A stretch of DNA of 25,617 nucleotides. Origin: a virus (lineage: Duplodnaviria > Caudoviricetes). A program made the translations under genes and the position numbers. The stretch is from positions 1 through 25,617 of the IMG/VR virus record IMGVR_UViG_3300025803_000088. The stretch is one strand, 5' to 3'. The notes below the pieces were generated by a model. The model ran no database searches. It saw only the letters and a program-made list of their open reading frames with translations, and had not been told where the DNA came from. The number at the start of each line of letters is the position of its first letter. Positions within the stretch are counted from its first letter, which is position 1. This document shows, in pieces, positions 25,325 to 25,617 of the stretch.

Positions 25325-25486
25325 TCAATACTCCAGGTCGTAACCGTCGAACCATTCACCCGGTTTTCGGGTTTCTGGATTCTTGCAATGCTGCTGTGCT
25401 TCCGCAAGCGTCAAACCGCGCTTAATAACGCGGGTGCGCTTATCTATGTGTGGAGCGTAAAATCGTTTGATGCAGTAAGTTTCCAT
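25325..25486 (-). CDS. Hypothetical phage protein (53 aa)
   Basis: METYCIKRFY...GLTLAEAQQHCKNPET...WFDGY; likely start 25486. Confidence 0.7.
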   Translation of the reverse strand: METYCIKRFYAPHIDKRTRVIKRGLTLAEAQQHCKNPETRKPGEWFDGYDLEY

Positions 25487-25519
25487 AATAGAAAAGGCGA
25501 TTAAATAACATTCAAGAAA

Positions 25520-25555
25520 GCCATTCAAGCCATTCAAGCCATTCAAGCCATTCAA
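25520..25555. repeat. Tandem repeat (GCCATTCAA)x4
   Basis: Four perfect 9-nt units, plus a partial copy (CATTCAAG) just upstream. Confidence 0.9.
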
Positions 25556-25617
25556 GACTGCCAGGCCATAAGGTAGCTCAGGGCCTAGCGCCACTGGAGC
25601 GGATTAGAGCCAGGGCG

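Noticed and set aside
25520-25555. Tandem repeat as a mini-CRISPR
   Set aside because: Units are 9 nt and contiguous, with no spacers.
1-25617. Prophage boundaries or integration module
   Set aside because: No integrase, att-like duplication or host housekeeping genes seen; lifestyle cannot be determined from this window.

Overview
A 25.6-kb slice of a tailed dsDNA phage genome, most consistent with a lambda-like siphovirus of marine picocyanobacteria (Synechococcus-type; host inferred from gene content, not proven). Left to right: lambda-type tail tip genes (L partial, K, I, J), a collar-domain fibre and a long repeat-built fibre with a C-terminal S74 chaperone. Next is an envelope-oriented accessory region (small outer-membrane beta-barrel, 2OG-Fe(II) oxygenase, a leftward operon of secreted/membrane proteins) and a C39-like peptidase that is probably the endolysin. 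After that come a replication module (RHH regulator, repeat-rich putative origin, primase-helicase, SSB-like protein, PD-(D/E)XK nuclease) and a leftward array of small early-type genes. The most notable non-coding signals are (i) a ~58-nt Yfr1-like sRNA candidate directly behind the phage outer-membrane protein gene, (ii) a ~60-nt counter-transcribed RNA candidate antisense to the primase leader, (iii) an iteron/inverted-unit origin candidate and (iv) nucleotide-conserved junctions between tail-fibre modules. No integrase, tRNA, CRISPR array or reverse transcriptase was seen. All calls come from reading the sequence; no database searches were run.
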